Shown: in pieces, positions 32,401-42,604 of the stretch | Numbering within the stretch: position 1 is the stretch's first letter | How the letters are laid out: each line of letters opens with the position of its first letter | Virus record (IMG/VR): IMGVR_UViG_3300028394_003336 | Reading direction: 5' to 3' (one strand) | DNA: 64,000 nucleotides | Source: a virus | The notes under the pieces: generated by a model | Database searches by the model: none | What the model was told of the DNA's origin: nothing | What the model saw: the letters and a program-made list of their open reading frames with translations, nothing else | Made by a program: the position numbers and the translations under genes

Positions 32401-35400
32401 CGCACTTGGTATTGCCTTTTGTGGTAATTGTTGTTGTATTGGTAATTTATTTCTTACACCTGACAAAACTAAACCTAATAAGTTATTTTGAAAATTCTCT
32501 TCTTTTTGAAGATAAAGTGACAATTGATTTTTAAATTGAGCTGGTGTTAATTGAGGGCTTTCTAATTTTCTTGCTGCGAACATTTTAATTAGTGGGGCTA
32601 AAATAACAACATTTGCCTCAGTAAATCTAATATTATTTTGAACGAAGAAGTCGGTGATATATGAACCAGTTGAACTATATTCAACATTATTAATTGTTGA
32701 GAAACCAACTTCAGTTTCAAGAGCGAACCAAGCCTTTGGATTGGCAAGTTTTGATTGGCTTAATAAAACGGTTCCACCTGCTGTTGGTAAAGAACCTTGA
32801 ATGTATGGTTCAAATGATATTGGGTCTGTAACAACTGGTGATGATAGATAAGACAAATAAGAATCAAAAACTCTTCTTCTATATTTTGACGGATTACCAT
32901 TTCTAAATAAAATATCATATTGTAAAAATGCCTTCAATTCATTTTGAAAAGTTCCGTTTTGATTTGTTATTGATGATGTAAAGTATTCTAAATTATTTTG
33001 TCCTGTTGTTGGTTTAGGTACCACCATAATACTTCTCATCAATGATTGGAAATTTCTAAAATTAGCATTGATATTTGTCGTAGTAGTATTGTATTGAGCC
33101 TCAGATTGAATAATATCAGCATCCGTAATTGGTTTACAGAAATTTAAAAACTCTTGTTCAAATTTATCTAAACTACTCTTTTCAAATACAGAAAAAATTT
33201 CTTCTATAGATGAATAATCAATTGTTGATAAAAGTTTAAATGGTGCTTGCTTTTCTTCTTTAGGGTTAATATAGTTAATGTATTGATATGGTGTTGGCAT
33301 TACAACTTGATTATTATCAAAATAACCAAAGTTTGGTGTTGACCATAGTGTTCTTACTGAACCATTATACATTGATGAGTTGTTAGTTAAGTCTACAATA
33401 GTTTGATTGGTTGTTGGTTTTTTCCCAATACACTCATTATACGTCTGATTAATTTGAGAACCAAATGATGGAACAACATAATATAATACACCATTTGTGT
33501 TATCATTAGGATTACAAGTAACATCATAATCAACAAAGTCTGGAAGTAATACCGACCATGTATCAAGGTTAAGAGTTTTGGTTCCTTGTTGAGCCGCACT
33601 AATTGCCGAATCAGGGAACTTACAAACTTTCATCCCTAAATTAATACTACTTTGTATTTCAATACTAGAATATGTTGAATAAAGTTCAAATCCGTTATAA
33701 AACCTATTAAAGTCGTTTATCAATTTTGGGTAAAATCCAGTTTGTATTTGAATATCAGATGTGGTTTCATTTTGTAACACAATACTATTTGGGTTTCCAT
33801 TATATACAAAATCATATGTTTGTATTTCTGACTTTAATATTGGACTATAATTTGTTTTATAGTCAAAATTTTTCCAAACATCGGTTAGAATGTCTTTACC
33901 CGTTTGTTTGTATAATTTATATCTGTACCAAATTGAACCCATTTTTAACATCCAAGCGTATGGTAATTTATGTATGGCACCAAACTTATTGAAACAAGAT
34001 GCTATATAATCTAAATCAGTTGTTGTTGTACCATCAAGTGTCTTATATCTTTCTCTTAATGTTGCCAACGGTAAAGAATTTAAGAATAGATAAGCAGCCT
34101 CAATGAAAGGATATTTAGTACTCCTTCTCAACCCATCAACCCCTTTTTGAATCGCATTAACAAAATAAGGTGTATTCAACATTGATGTTGTTGTTCTGAG
34201 TTCTAATATTTGCGCTGGCGATAATCCATATTTTTCTCCTTCAGTTGCAACTAAAACCTCTGTTTTTTGTGTTGCATAAAAATCTTTTAAACTATAAGTT
34301 CCGTTATATGACGAAAGAGCTAATTGAGTTGGGTTAGTCGGATTTAAAAATGAAAAATTTGTAACTGGTCTGTTTATTTTAAAATCATAAACATCATTAA
34401 AATTTGCAATAATCTTTCTTGGTTCAAACACAGTTAAGGTTTTCTTGGTATTATAGACCTCATTATTTTGTGTTGTACCACCATCACTCATGTTATTCAA
34501 ACACCATGTTGGGTTTGAAAATGGTAATACATCAACAATTAATTTATCATTGGTAGCAACACTTAATAATTGTCTAAGGGCTGGTGATGATGTATTTGTT
34601 TGAGGTACTTGACCCAAATCTAAAATACTTAATATGCTTGTTGGGTTATCCACCAAAGCTTTCAAATATGGTGTAACATAAAAATCTCTAATGAAATCTT
34701 GATACGACTTACCTGTTCCGCCATTTGAAAAGTTTTCTAAATTTTGAACATAGTTTGCTGCAGTTAAATTATAGTTTTTTAACTTGAAACTCAAATAAGG
34801 TGCTGACACATTAATACTTTCAACAATATTATTCACCTCGGTTTCCGTATTAAGAGTTATCAAATCATTAATCTGATTTTCATTAGCCCTAATTAGACCA
34901 GAGTAATGTGAAGTAATAAATTGTCTTTCCCATATTTCATAGAAGAATTTTAATTCCTCTTTGTTCAAATAGGCTAATCCGAATGAAGGAAACTCAATCG
35001 CATTTATATTTAAAATATTTGTGTATTTCTCATTTTCTAATGTGTCAGGTGATTGAGGAACATTAAACTTTTTAGTAATACCTTTAACATATTCTTCAAC
35101 AAATTCAACCTCAGGCCATTTATCAAACAAATACCCTTGAGTTTGTTGAGATACTGATGGGTCTCCAATATACTTTAATTGGAATCTACCCTTTTTATCT
35201 TCGGGTGTTTCAACAAAAAATAACGGCCATGGATATACAGGTATTTTTGAAGGGTCTAATGTTTCTTCAATATTTAATTGCATATCCAAAAATGGATTAG
35301 TATCAACTTGGTCAATAGTTTCAGTACTTGGCGCTGAGGATACATTATTTAAAATTGCAGATTTTCTAATAGGGTCATCTTTAACACTCCAAGCATTTGT

Positions 35401-37155
35401 GTGAACATCATCTAATAATCTAACAAAAGCCTCTGCCGATGCCATAATTACTGCCATCATATTTCTAACCGTTGGTCTGAATCCAAGTCCCTTAGTCTTA
35501 TCTTCCAATTTTTTTAGAAGTTGAGCACTAATTTTTGATTCGTATTCTTGTAATTTTTTTGTTGCTTGAGAATCTATAGATGCTATTGTTTTATCAAATC
35601 TACCATCACCTTCAAATATAAAAAACTTTGGTCTTTCATCTATAAGGTTACCCTTTGAGTCTTTAGTAATAACAGGAATTGTTAATTTACTATATTGGTT
35701 AGTGACTTCATCAATTTGTATTTGTGAAGGTGGAGATATTCCATATTGAGCAGCAGCAGTTGCAATCCAATCTATTCCATTCAAGGTTATTTTATCATAA
35801 ACAATTGTTTCATATTTAATTGGATTTGGTATTTTTGCTGGACCACCAACACCCAATGTAGGATTCGCAGCTAAATACTTATTGAATACGTCAATATCAT
35901 TTTTTAATTGCCCAACACCCTTATCTATTTCTGTCAAATCCAACTTATTGAAAACATAAACTCTTTCTTTATTAACTAAAATAATAGGTCTTGGGTTCAT
36001 ATATTTGGTAAACCAAGAGTTACCATCTCCTCTAATAATATTAAAATATTCCTGTAGGTATTCTTTATACGTTCTAATATTAGTTAACGGTTCTACTTCA
36101 GCCTTATTAAATGATTCTGAGATTATTTTTTCAAGGTTCTCAAGTTTGTTAACTAATTGCATTAATGTCAATTCAGGAAAATCAGGAGCAATTAAACCTT
36201 TTGATTTATACTCGCCGTAAACTTCAATAATTTTTTGATATCCTTTGTTTGATGTAACTTGAACCGTTAACGATTCTGTTCCTGATGCATTATTTTTTAC
36301 TTGTCCTACTTGTGTTTTTCCTTGAGCTTCCACAGACTTGTTTGTTTGTTGAGGACCAACTGGTGTTTCCGCAACATTATAGTTTTGACTATACATGTGT
36401 GGTAAAGCCAATAAGTGTCCCATAGCAATTTCATTCAAGATATTAAACTTGTATCCCTTAAATTCTAAACTAACTTGATAATTTCCACTAAACGAATTGA
36501 ATCTAGCATTAAATTTTTCAAGGTTTAACACATATCTTATTGCTTGACCATAATAACCTTTTAGTGTTAAATTAAATTGAGGGTACGGTAAATTAAAAAA
36601 CGCAGCATATGGTGAGTTGTTTCCTAATTCAAATAAAGCTTTTCCTTGGACATCTTCTAATTCAATTCTAACCGTTGGGATAAACGAACTAGTTGTTTGT
36701 ATTGTAATTTGTGTAATACCCAACAATCCATTATCCACAATATTAGTTAAATCTGCTGGTCTATCTACAACGTAAGGTCCTGAACCGTCTGGAGGAACTA
36801 CCGTTTGAGAAAACATTTGATTTTCTCCTTTAAATTTGGTCGAGTTTTTACCTGTTAGTTGGTCATAATAACCACTACCTAAGTAAGAATTTTTTGTTGG
36901 CTTTAAAAAATTAATTTTTGCAACAGATATAGTTCTGATTCTATCGTTTGGTGCACCTCCTACAGCTAATTTAGTTCTTGGCAACATGTCAGCTTCCAAG
37001 TTGGCATACATGACTAAGCTTTCATGGTCAACTAATCTTTCTTGAATTTTTCCATTAACATCAATTGTTTTGTTTGGGTCAACCACAATGATATTGTTGT
37101 AATCAAATTCAACAAAAATGTCTCCGTTATTGTCTGCTCTAATGTTACCTGCCAT
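29410..37155 (-). CDS. Giant baseplate hub-like protein (gp27/gpD-like region, C-terminal IPT/TIG and Ig-like domains)
   Basis: 2581 aa; VTCLGNAMLQP...FNGPYMILDVQHQI...FQTSFTGVR hub signature; ITTFSP..G..GT.LQINGTN IPT/TIG signature; follows gp53/LysM-like gene. Confidence 0.65.
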   Translation of the reverse strand: MAGNIRADNNGDIFVEFDYNNIIVVDPNKTIDVNGKIQERLVDHESLVMYANLEADMLPRTKLAVGGAPNDRIRTISVAKINFLKPTKNSYLGSGYYDQLTGKNSTKFKGENQMFSQTVVPPDGSGPYVVDRPADLTNIVDNGLLGITQITIQTTSSFIPTVRIELEDVQGKALFELGNNSPYAAFFNLPYPQFNLTLKGYYGQAIRYVLNLEKFNARFNSFSGNYQVSLEFKGYKFNILNEIAMGHLLALPHMYSQNYNVAETPVGPQQTNKSVEAQGKTQVGQVKNNASGTESLTVQVTSNKGYQKIIEVYGEYKSKGLIAPDFPELTLMQLVNKLENLEKIISESFNKAEVEPLTNIRTYKEYLQEYFNIIRGDGNSWFTKYMNPRPIILVNKERVYVFNKLDLTEIDKGVGQLKNDIDVFNKYLAANPTLGVGGPAKIPNPIKYETIVYDKITLNGIDWIATAAAQYGISPPSQIQIDEVTNQYSKLTIPVITKDSKGNLIDERPKFFIFEGDGRFDKTIASIDSQATKKLQEYESKISAQLLKKLEDKTKGLGFRPTVRNMMAVIMASAEAFVRLLDDVHTNAWSVKDDPIRKSAILNNVSSAPSTETIDQVDTNPFLDMQLNIEETLDPSKIPVYPWPLFFVETPEDKKGRFQLKYIGDPSVSQQTQGYLFDKWPEVEFVEEYVKGITKKFNVPQSPDTLENEKYTNILNINAIEFPSFGLAYLNKEELKFFYEIWERQFITSHYSGLIRANENQINDLITLNTETEVNNIVESINVSAPYLSFKLKNYNLTAANYVQNLENFSNGGTGKSYQDFIRDFYVTPYLKALVDNPTSILSILDLGQVPQTNTSSPALRQLLSVATNDKLIVDVLPFSNPTWCLNNMSDGGTTQNNEVYNTKKTLTVFEPRKIIANFNDVYDFKINRPVTNFSFLNPTNPTQLALSSYNGTYSLKDFYATQKTEVLVATEGEKYGLSPAQILELRTTTSMLNTPYFVNAIQKGVDGLRRSTKYPFIEAAYLFLNSLPLATLRERYKTLDGTTTTDLDYIASCFNKFGAIHKLPYAWMLKMGSIWYRYKLYKQTGKDILTDVWKNFDYKTNYSPILKSEIQTYDFVYNGNPNSIVLQNETTSDIQIQTGFYPKLINDFNRFYNGFELYSTYSSIEIQSSINLGMKVCKFPDSAISAAQQGTKTLNLDTWSVLLPDFVDYDVTCNPNDNTNGVLYYVVPSFGSQINQTYNECIGKKPTTNQTIVDLTNNSSMYNGSVRTLWSTPNFGYFDNNQVVMPTPYQYINYINPKEEKQAPFKLLSTIDYSSIEEIFSVFEKSSLDKFEQEFLNFCKPITDADIIQSEAQYNTTTTNINANFRNFQSLMRSIMVVPKPTTGQNNLEYFTSSITNQNGTFQNELKAFLQYDILFRNGNPSKYRRRVFDSYLSYLSSPVVTDPISFEPYIQGSLPTAGGTVLLSQSKLANPKAWFALETEVGFSTINNVEYSSTGSYITDFFVQNNIRFTEANVVILAPLIKMFAARKLESPQLTPAQFKNQLSLYLQKEENFQNNLLGLVLSGVRNKLPIQQQLPQKAIPSAVSGEQPKVELWETFKAINDKWIAGDDFRTKTLFEDMLFLDRASRNIGDTILIDIFDIQGMLDKDSLNNAMSVYSLVASILIKNNFVVMNLPAYVNFYNVQDIDGTEVPQAEGSLEFANNMWGTFLDVDYRKSSPKMVCFYSPRPSNYLALPKGNFRFRDDSFELRRASENPLIENQQGKKDWGLSNKCVGFNVDIGTRNQNIFYSFSVSQDNGLATSEAINTLINMTNNATGKNVATQNASLYNIYKQRSYKATVTCLGNAMLQPSMYFNLRHVPMFNGPYMILDVQHQIQPGNFQTSFTGVRQGIYDLPAIDNFLQSINQNLLTKLSEILKIKKDIPTIQGITNNQKTAQVVQKADNTVDASNSCVSNVDVNAYPDYVNVPPKPTYINPQEFANKLIALLPGKEALQAVIYSISYVRSYVKNSGTKGNSQFNGFNNNFGGISLYINWAPTTEYFVKQYSCINVKGSGLPNGTSEPLVGFIDVDSYIKFMAARLEKNVPRILDPAQTSGGLPQYYVCNWPKENVSVSYYQSNLSLYTEVRNTFKEALQSCVKVGIIKEVTRKELIAELKKVEEKLKQTGVKTTPTPVPVLPGQVCPPATITTFSPLVGNKGTILQINGTNLDVVTKIFIANTEIVVKDNNNVTILNKETLRVTLPQIGTGILTEGKIKLVSGEYGEYLTTTLFKYDPSVIAAEAASPGGYAGNNQTSTVSPSMNSNTNPQNTAPVTLVSKYEAKSPPDVTDKLTVSVNTDAGVWNIKKFVKMTVSVFNRTVVNNNTTQTLKTTVETTLSNYVVNNIFAITHDNIKTLLFDTPIVPFNTTPIKPDEVVSIQFVITADAVDKVKYPQPTIQSFNFVYNKPVTDSPLSPAALLASVLNAQPGSLIRVGETFSGGLPDYNGTSYYNVKKPAGGYITLRFVCPNLLTIKSPNVVAISNSNDTTIVITNGTDTKYTNVIEVKNIGTFQMSIDYTSSDLKWTNPNTNSVELVTGTVTSPPFTL

Positions 37156-37468
37156 AATAATAAAAATGATTTTCTATTGCCGCCTTATAATCCTGTAGAG
37201 ATGGTAGTAGCGGAAATGGAATAATCAATATTGCACCATCAATGATATTATTCTCAAGACCACCATATCTAGGATTTGCCTGTAATATTAACCAACCAAA
37301 ATACGGTGTACCATAATACTCTTGGGAAACTCTATCTAATCTACTCTTAGCAACTTTGTAGATATATGCTTTGTCCGTACCCTTTTGAGGTAACAGCACA
37401 TAAGGAACAACGGTTTGTTGTCCGTTGATTAAGAATTGACTATATCTGTTCCAATATTGAAATGCCAT
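37145..37468 (-). CDS. LysM-like baseplate wedge protein (T4 gp53 / P2 gpX-like)
   Basis: RLDRVSQEYYGTPYFGWLILQANP...LIIP. Confidence 0.8.
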   Translation of the reverse strand: MAFQYWNRYSQFLINGQQTVVPYVLLPQKGTDKAYIYKVAKSRLDRVSQEYYGTPYFGWLILQANPRYGGLENNIIDGAILIIPFPLLPSLQDYKAAIENHFYYYGR

Positions 37469-40400
37469 TAGTTAAGTTTTGCTTTTGAGACATATGTTCC
37501 GTAAACACTTCCTACTAAATTATTCCAAAGTGTTGGTGTATTTGCGTTTATGTTTGTTGACGCTCCCAAACCTTTAATTAAAGTTTCTTGAGCTGTTTTT
37601 GTATTTGCAGTTTCATTATTAGTATCTGTCGTATAATTTAACACTCTTTCTTTTTTATCGTATGGTGTATATACCAAAAATTTCTTCAATTTATTTTTCT
37701 CAATATCATTAATAAATTCTTTAGCAATATTATTTTCTGTAACAAATTGAGGTTTAGCTTGTGTAAGCCAATAAGCATCAAATTGTTTCTCAATATCATC
37801 CATTGAATTTTTTCCAATTATTGCTTGATTACCAATAATATTACCTATTAAAGCTTTTTTGAATGCTTCGTATTTTTTAGCATCAATAACATCATTAGAT
37901 AAAATCATATAAGCTCTTTTAAATGGTGCTTTATTAAAATCTTCTGTGTTACTGAAAGGAGTAAATACATTTTTTTCCACTGTATCTTTATAAGACGAAA
38001 CAGAACCACTTGCTTCAACAGGAAGTACCAATTGAGAGGTATATTCTTTATTATCTCCAACATAAATAAATTTTGAATCTTGGGTTGTTATTACATTAAA
38101 TTGAACAAGACCATCTCTTATTTTGTTAATGTCGCTTATCATTGTATTCAATGTACCAGGCGCTTTGTCTGTGTCTGATATAACATAAATTCTTACAGGT
38201 CCAGATTTTGCCTGTAATCCATCTGTACCTGTTGTTTTATCTCCTTTTCCATCAAACCCTATAATATTCATTCTTGCCATTGTTTGAATATATGATTGTT
38301 CAACAGTTGTTAAATCTTGTACTATCTTAAAAATTGGTGATAAATAAGATGACTTCTTATCTTTCAAGAAATTTTTATAATTATCCTTTACAGTTTGAAT
38401 TAATCTTGGGGAAAATTGTTTTTCGGTCTTGGAAATGAATTGTATAAAGCTATCTTCTCCCTGTGAAATGTCAAATGATAAATTATCAAATATTGTATCA
38501 ACTCTTTGTTGTATATTACTTGGTTTACCAAAAATTTCTATTTGTTTTTCTGTATCAACTTGTGTTAATCCAACCAAATTTCCTCTGAAATAATCTCTAG
38601 ATAACATCCACTCTTGTCTCATCGCATTATTATACTGAGATAAAACCTCTTTGTTTTTATTTACAACGTTTGTAAAATAGTTTTGTGTTTGTGTAATAAC
38701 ACCATTCATGAAGTCGGAATACGATATTGTACCTGTCTCAATTGTTGTTGTTACGTTACTTGTTAAGATTGAACCTATAGTACTATTATTATTTTGACCA
38801 CTATTTGGTACCGCTTGATTAATTGCTGGTGGAGCTGGTGGTACAGATTGTCCCAAAAATTCTTTGTCTAATACATCAAGGAACGCCTCTTTGTCTGTCA
38901 CATCAGCTCTATCATCATAAATTTCTGTATTGGCGTAATAGTTAAATGTTAACGCATTTTGTAACTTATCAATTGATTCCTTTAATCCGCTTCCACCAAC
39001 AAAATTAAAACTCAAGGTTACATTTGCAATCATTGGTTGAACACCAATACCTTCAGGATTTAAATCCAAATCTTCATATGTAAAAGCCAAAGATGTTGGT
39101 ATAATTTTGGTATTATAAAAATCACCAACTCTTAAAATTAATACTGGTGGTGCGCCAAATGCGGTGTTTGTTGCATTATTATATTGCAATACAGGAGCTC
39201 CTCCAATATCTTTAATTGTTGGAATTGTGTCTCCTGGTCTCATGCATTGTTGTAAGAATGTCAATCTTGTGTTTAGACCTTCAGGTGTCATTGAGTGGAA
39301 AGCTGGTTGGAAGAACTTAAGTTTCTCCTTAAGGTTATCAAACACCATTGGTGTTTGTTCCTTAATTGTTTCAAAATAATCACACTCAGATAAAAATTGT
39401 CTTAATACAAATTTAGTGATATTGTCTCTTGGTTTCCAAGTTCTTTCAAGTTCTTGAGTTTTGAATGTTTTTGTAACAATTTGGTCAGTAGTTACTGTTG
39501 TGTAATTAGGTGTTGGTTCTGTTTGTGGTTGACTAAGTGTTGAGTTTATTGAACTAATAACCGCTCTTCTACAAGCCATCGCACCTACCGTATATATTTC
39601 TTTAGCACCAACTTGTGTATCACCACCAACAACATCTTTACTAGGTGGTTCAACGGGGTTGTCTGTACATCTATAATTACCTTTCACATCGTTTGATGTA
39701 AGAATTCCACTTAATATTTTTGGAGATTTTGGTACAACCGCATCCTCACCTAAGATATCCTTCGCATTTGGTTCTTGAAATTTTAATCTACCACTCTTTA
39801 TAAAATCCTTTAGTGAATTAGCTGATTCAAAATATTCTCTTGCCGATGCAATTCTTCTTGTCGCAAGTTCTTTATTATACGAATTTGTTTGTGGTGCAGA
39901 ACAACTAGCGTTGAGAGTTACCGTTAAATTTCCTTGAGTATTTTGTGTTAACTGTTTAGCAATATCTTCAATGAAGATTTGCATCGCACTATAATTTGTT
40001 TCAACAACTGTATTAAAAAATTCTGTTAAATTATTAGTAGATGTTGATTTTTGAACATATGTATTTTTTTGACCTTCGTATATTGAATATTGATTACTAT
40101 ATGGTGTAACACTTCCTTTTTTCGGATAATCATTCGCAAAATAAACTCCAAGCTGTGTGTATTTTTCCCAATATTTATTATCTGCGGTTGTTGCCTGACT
40201 TATTGAGTCTGCCCCCGAATTTGGCGCATTGAATCCTGTTTGAATCGTTTGTTTTGATGTGATTAGTTGTTCTCTTGTTAAATCTTTTGAAGTGATAGCC
40301 GTTTGAAGTAGATACAAATCATTTGGATTGATTGTATAATATTTCTTAGCCAACTCATAGATATCATATTTTCTACATCCTGCAAAGAACGAATCCAAAA

Positions 40401-42567
40401 TAGAATTAACTCTTGTCTTATTTGTTTCGTTACCCAAAACTTTATCCACAATTGTGTTCAAAATTGATGGATGGTCAACAACTATTTTCCATTGTAATGT
40501 TCCACCTCTTGATGTGTTTTTGTATGTATACACTGGTTCAGGTCTTCCTAAGAATTCACTTTGGTTCCAGTTCGCTGAAACGTTTTCACTAAATGTTAAA
40601 CCGTATGGAGGAAACCACATAACTCTACCACCATTAGGACCTCTCTCACAAAGAGCCAAATCATTTGTTGAAAATCCCCTTGCACTATTTGAAGTTCTCC
40701 AAGCTAAATTTTCAATTGAGAACATGTACTTTTTAGCATAACCAACATTTGTACTTAACCCACCAGGTCCGTTAATCAGGTTAGTTGAACTTTGTCCACC
40801 CTCTTGTTTGTTAGGATAAATGTTTAAGTTATATGTGTTGTCCAAAACCGAATTAGAAAATCTTCTTCCATTTACCGTAATACCGTCAACTTTTTGTAAG
40901 TCGTTGTATTGTAAATAAGGGATGTCTTTAGCAAAAACTCTACAATATTCCGTACCAACCTCTTGTCCAATCTCTCCTGTATATTTAATAACTCTTGAAC
41001 CTTTAGTCATTTCTTTATACCCATCGTTGAATACTTTACTAACTTGGTCAATTGCATTTCCCGCGTGTTGTAATCTTTTTCCACCTTGTGGTTGGCTGTC
41101 AATTATTCTTTGAGTATTATCTAATATTGAACCTCCTTTGAATTGGATGTTCGTTGACTCTGTTGAATTATACGATGATGGTTTGAAGTCTGCGTTTTGA
41201 TTATAAATTGCACCACCAATACCAACACCGAAACCTGCATTGTTTTTATATTTAGGTGATACCCACGTAAATCCACCTTCAATACCACCACCATTACTAT
41301 AGGTTGGTCCGTTAGCACCAAGTCTAATTTCTCTACTTGGTCCTTCATAAAGTTGTGCCAACTCTGATGGACCATATACTGGTGATTGTTGTTCAATACC
41401 ATATGAGTTTGCAGGTATATCACCTGCTGGCGAGAACACTCTTGATGGGTCTGAAGATAATGAACCAACATAATAGTTAGAATTATTCGTTGTTGAACCA
41501 ACAATCGCCCCACCTAATCTATCAAATAAAGTTCTATCAAAACTTGGCTTATATTTGTTATAATCAAGGTTATTAAACAATCTTGATTTTTGTCCGCCAC
41601 CCATGTTGTTATACATGATTTGTGAACCTGTTTGTCCACCACCTAATAACCTATTAAAGAATCTACCAACAGTGCTTGCTCTGAAAGCGTTGTTCATCTG
41701 TTGGATTGTTGTAGATTGTCTTAAAGACGTGTTAGGGTCAAAATAAGAACCTGGAATTGTTGATACAGGTAAAATACTACCAGCTAGTCTAAGAGCGAAA
41801 TCTGTAGCGGCTAATATGGGGTTAGAAGGTATTGTGATTGTGTAGTTGGGTTCAATCAATGGAACTCTACCTGTAACTAAATTAAGAATGTCGGTTCCAC
41901 TTCTTACATTAAACACATTGGCTCTACCAATCGTATTTCTTTTGATTTCAGCGGCAATTCTGTTTTCAAATTCTTTCTTTAGAACTTGAGCACCTAAACG
42001 GGCAATATATGAATCAGAACTTAATAAACCATTACTACCTTGTGGGTCTGGTGATAATAAAATTCCGATTGAAGGATAACTTGATGGGTTAAACGTTGTT
42101 GGGTATGGTTGGTTATTATATAACTGTAATGATGCAGTGATACCACCTTGGTTTTGATTTGAAATGAATTCACCCGCGTCTAAAACACCTTGTCCTCCGT
42201 TGGAGTATGCATTAACCTTTTTCCAATTCTTGGCTTCAACAATACCTTGGTCAAGTATATGAGCATCTTGTTGACCAGGACCATACTCACCTTGGTTTGA
42301 AATACTATTTAAAAGACCATTAGGGTCAGGAACTTGTCTATATCCACCTTCAGCTCCCCACTCGTTTAAAGGATATAATTTGTTAGCAAATGAAGGTTCG
42401 TCAATTAATACATCAGGACTATCAACAACTGAACCATCGGATTGAATATACTCGTAGTTAGTTGGGGGTGTAGGTCTGTTAGGTGCTTTCGCATAAGGTA
42501 CCAGGTTCTTAACAATTAGTTTTTTCCTAAAAGCTTCTGAGTTAACTAAATCTAAGGGACTTGGCAT
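37468..42567 (-). CDS. Tail tube initiator-like baseplate protein with inserted OmpA-like domain
   Basis: FSENVSANW..LGRPEP..R and PPVLILRVGDFY..QPMIANVTLSF motifs flank YF.ND.P...YNKELATRRIASA; follows tape measure. Confidence 0.6.
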   Translation of the reverse strand: MPSPLDLVNSEAFRKKLIVKNLVPYAKAPNRPTPPTNYEYIQSDGSVVDSPDVLIDEPSFANKLYPLNEWGAEGGYRQVPDPNGLLNSISNQGEYGPGQQDAHILDQGIVEAKNWKKVNAYSNGGQGVLDAGEFISNQNQGGITASLQLYNNQPYPTTFNPSSYPSIGILLSPDPQGSNGLLSSDSYIARLGAQVLKKEFENRIAAEIKRNTIGRANVFNVRSGTDILNLVTGRVPLIEPNYTITIPSNPILAATDFALRLAGSILPVSTIPGSYFDPNTSLRQSTTIQQMNNAFRASTVGRFFNRLLGGGQTGSQIMYNNMGGGQKSRLFNNLDYNKYKPSFDRTLFDRLGGAIVGSTTNNSNYYVGSLSSDPSRVFSPAGDIPANSYGIEQQSPVYGPSELAQLYEGPSREIRLGANGPTYSNGGGIEGGFTWVSPKYKNNAGFGVGIGGAIYNQNADFKPSSYNSTESTNIQFKGGSILDNTQRIIDSQPQGGKRLQHAGNAIDQVSKVFNDGYKEMTKGSRVIKYTGEIGQEVGTEYCRVFAKDIPYLQYNDLQKVDGITVNGRRFSNSVLDNTYNLNIYPNKQEGGQSSTNLINGPGGLSTNVGYAKKYMFSIENLAWRTSNSARGFSTNDLALCERGPNGGRVMWFPPYGLTFSENVSANWNQSEFLGRPEPVYTYKNTSRGGTLQWKIVVDHPSILNTIVDKVLGNETNKTRVNSILDSFFAGCRKYDIYELAKKYYTINPNDLYLLQTAITSKDLTREQLITSKQTIQTGFNAPNSGADSISQATTADNKYWEKYTQLGVYFANDYPKKGSVTPYSNQYSIYEGQKNTYVQKSTSTNNLTEFFNTVVETNYSAMQIFIEDIAKQLTQNTQGNLTVTLNASCSAPQTNSYNKELATRRIASAREYFESANSLKDFIKSGRLKFQEPNAKDILGEDAVVPKSPKILSGILTSNDVKGNYRCTDNPVEPPSKDVVGGDTQVGAKEIYTVGAMACRRAVISSINSTLSQPQTEPTPNYTTVTTDQIVTKTFKTQELERTWKPRDNITKFVLRQFLSECDYFETIKEQTPMVFDNLKEKLKFFQPAFHSMTPEGLNTRLTFLQQCMRPGDTIPTIKDIGGAPVLQYNNATNTAFGAPPVLILRVGDFYNTKIIPTSLAFTYEDLDLNPEGIGVQPMIANVTLSFNFVGGSGLKESIDKLQNALTFNYYANTEIYDDRADVTDKEAFLDVLDKEFLGQSVPPAPPAINQAVPNSGQNNNSTIGSILTSNVTTTIETGTISYSDFMNGVITQTQNYFTNVVNKNKEVLSQYNNAMRQEWMLSRDYFRGNLVGLTQVDTEKQIEIFGKPSNIQQRVDTIFDNLSFDISQGEDSFIQFISKTEKQFSPRLIQTVKDNYKNFLKDKKSSYLSPIFKIVQDLTTVEQSYIQTMARMNIIGFDGKGDKTTGTDGLQAKSGPVRIYVISDTDKAPGTLNTMISDINKIRDGLVQFNVITTQDSKFIYVGDNKEYTSQLVLPVEASGSVSSYKDTVEKNVFTPFSNTEDFNKAPFKRAYMILSNDVIDAKKYEAFKKALIGNIIGNQAIIGKNSMDDIEKQFDAYWLTQAKPQFVTENNIAKEFINDIEKNKLKKFLVYTPYDKKERVLNYTTDTNNETANTKTAQETLIKGLGASTNINANTPTLWNNLVGSVYGTYVSKAKLN

Positions 42568-42604
42568 TAATTTCTTTTTATATAAATAGGTTAGTCATTA
42601 ATTT

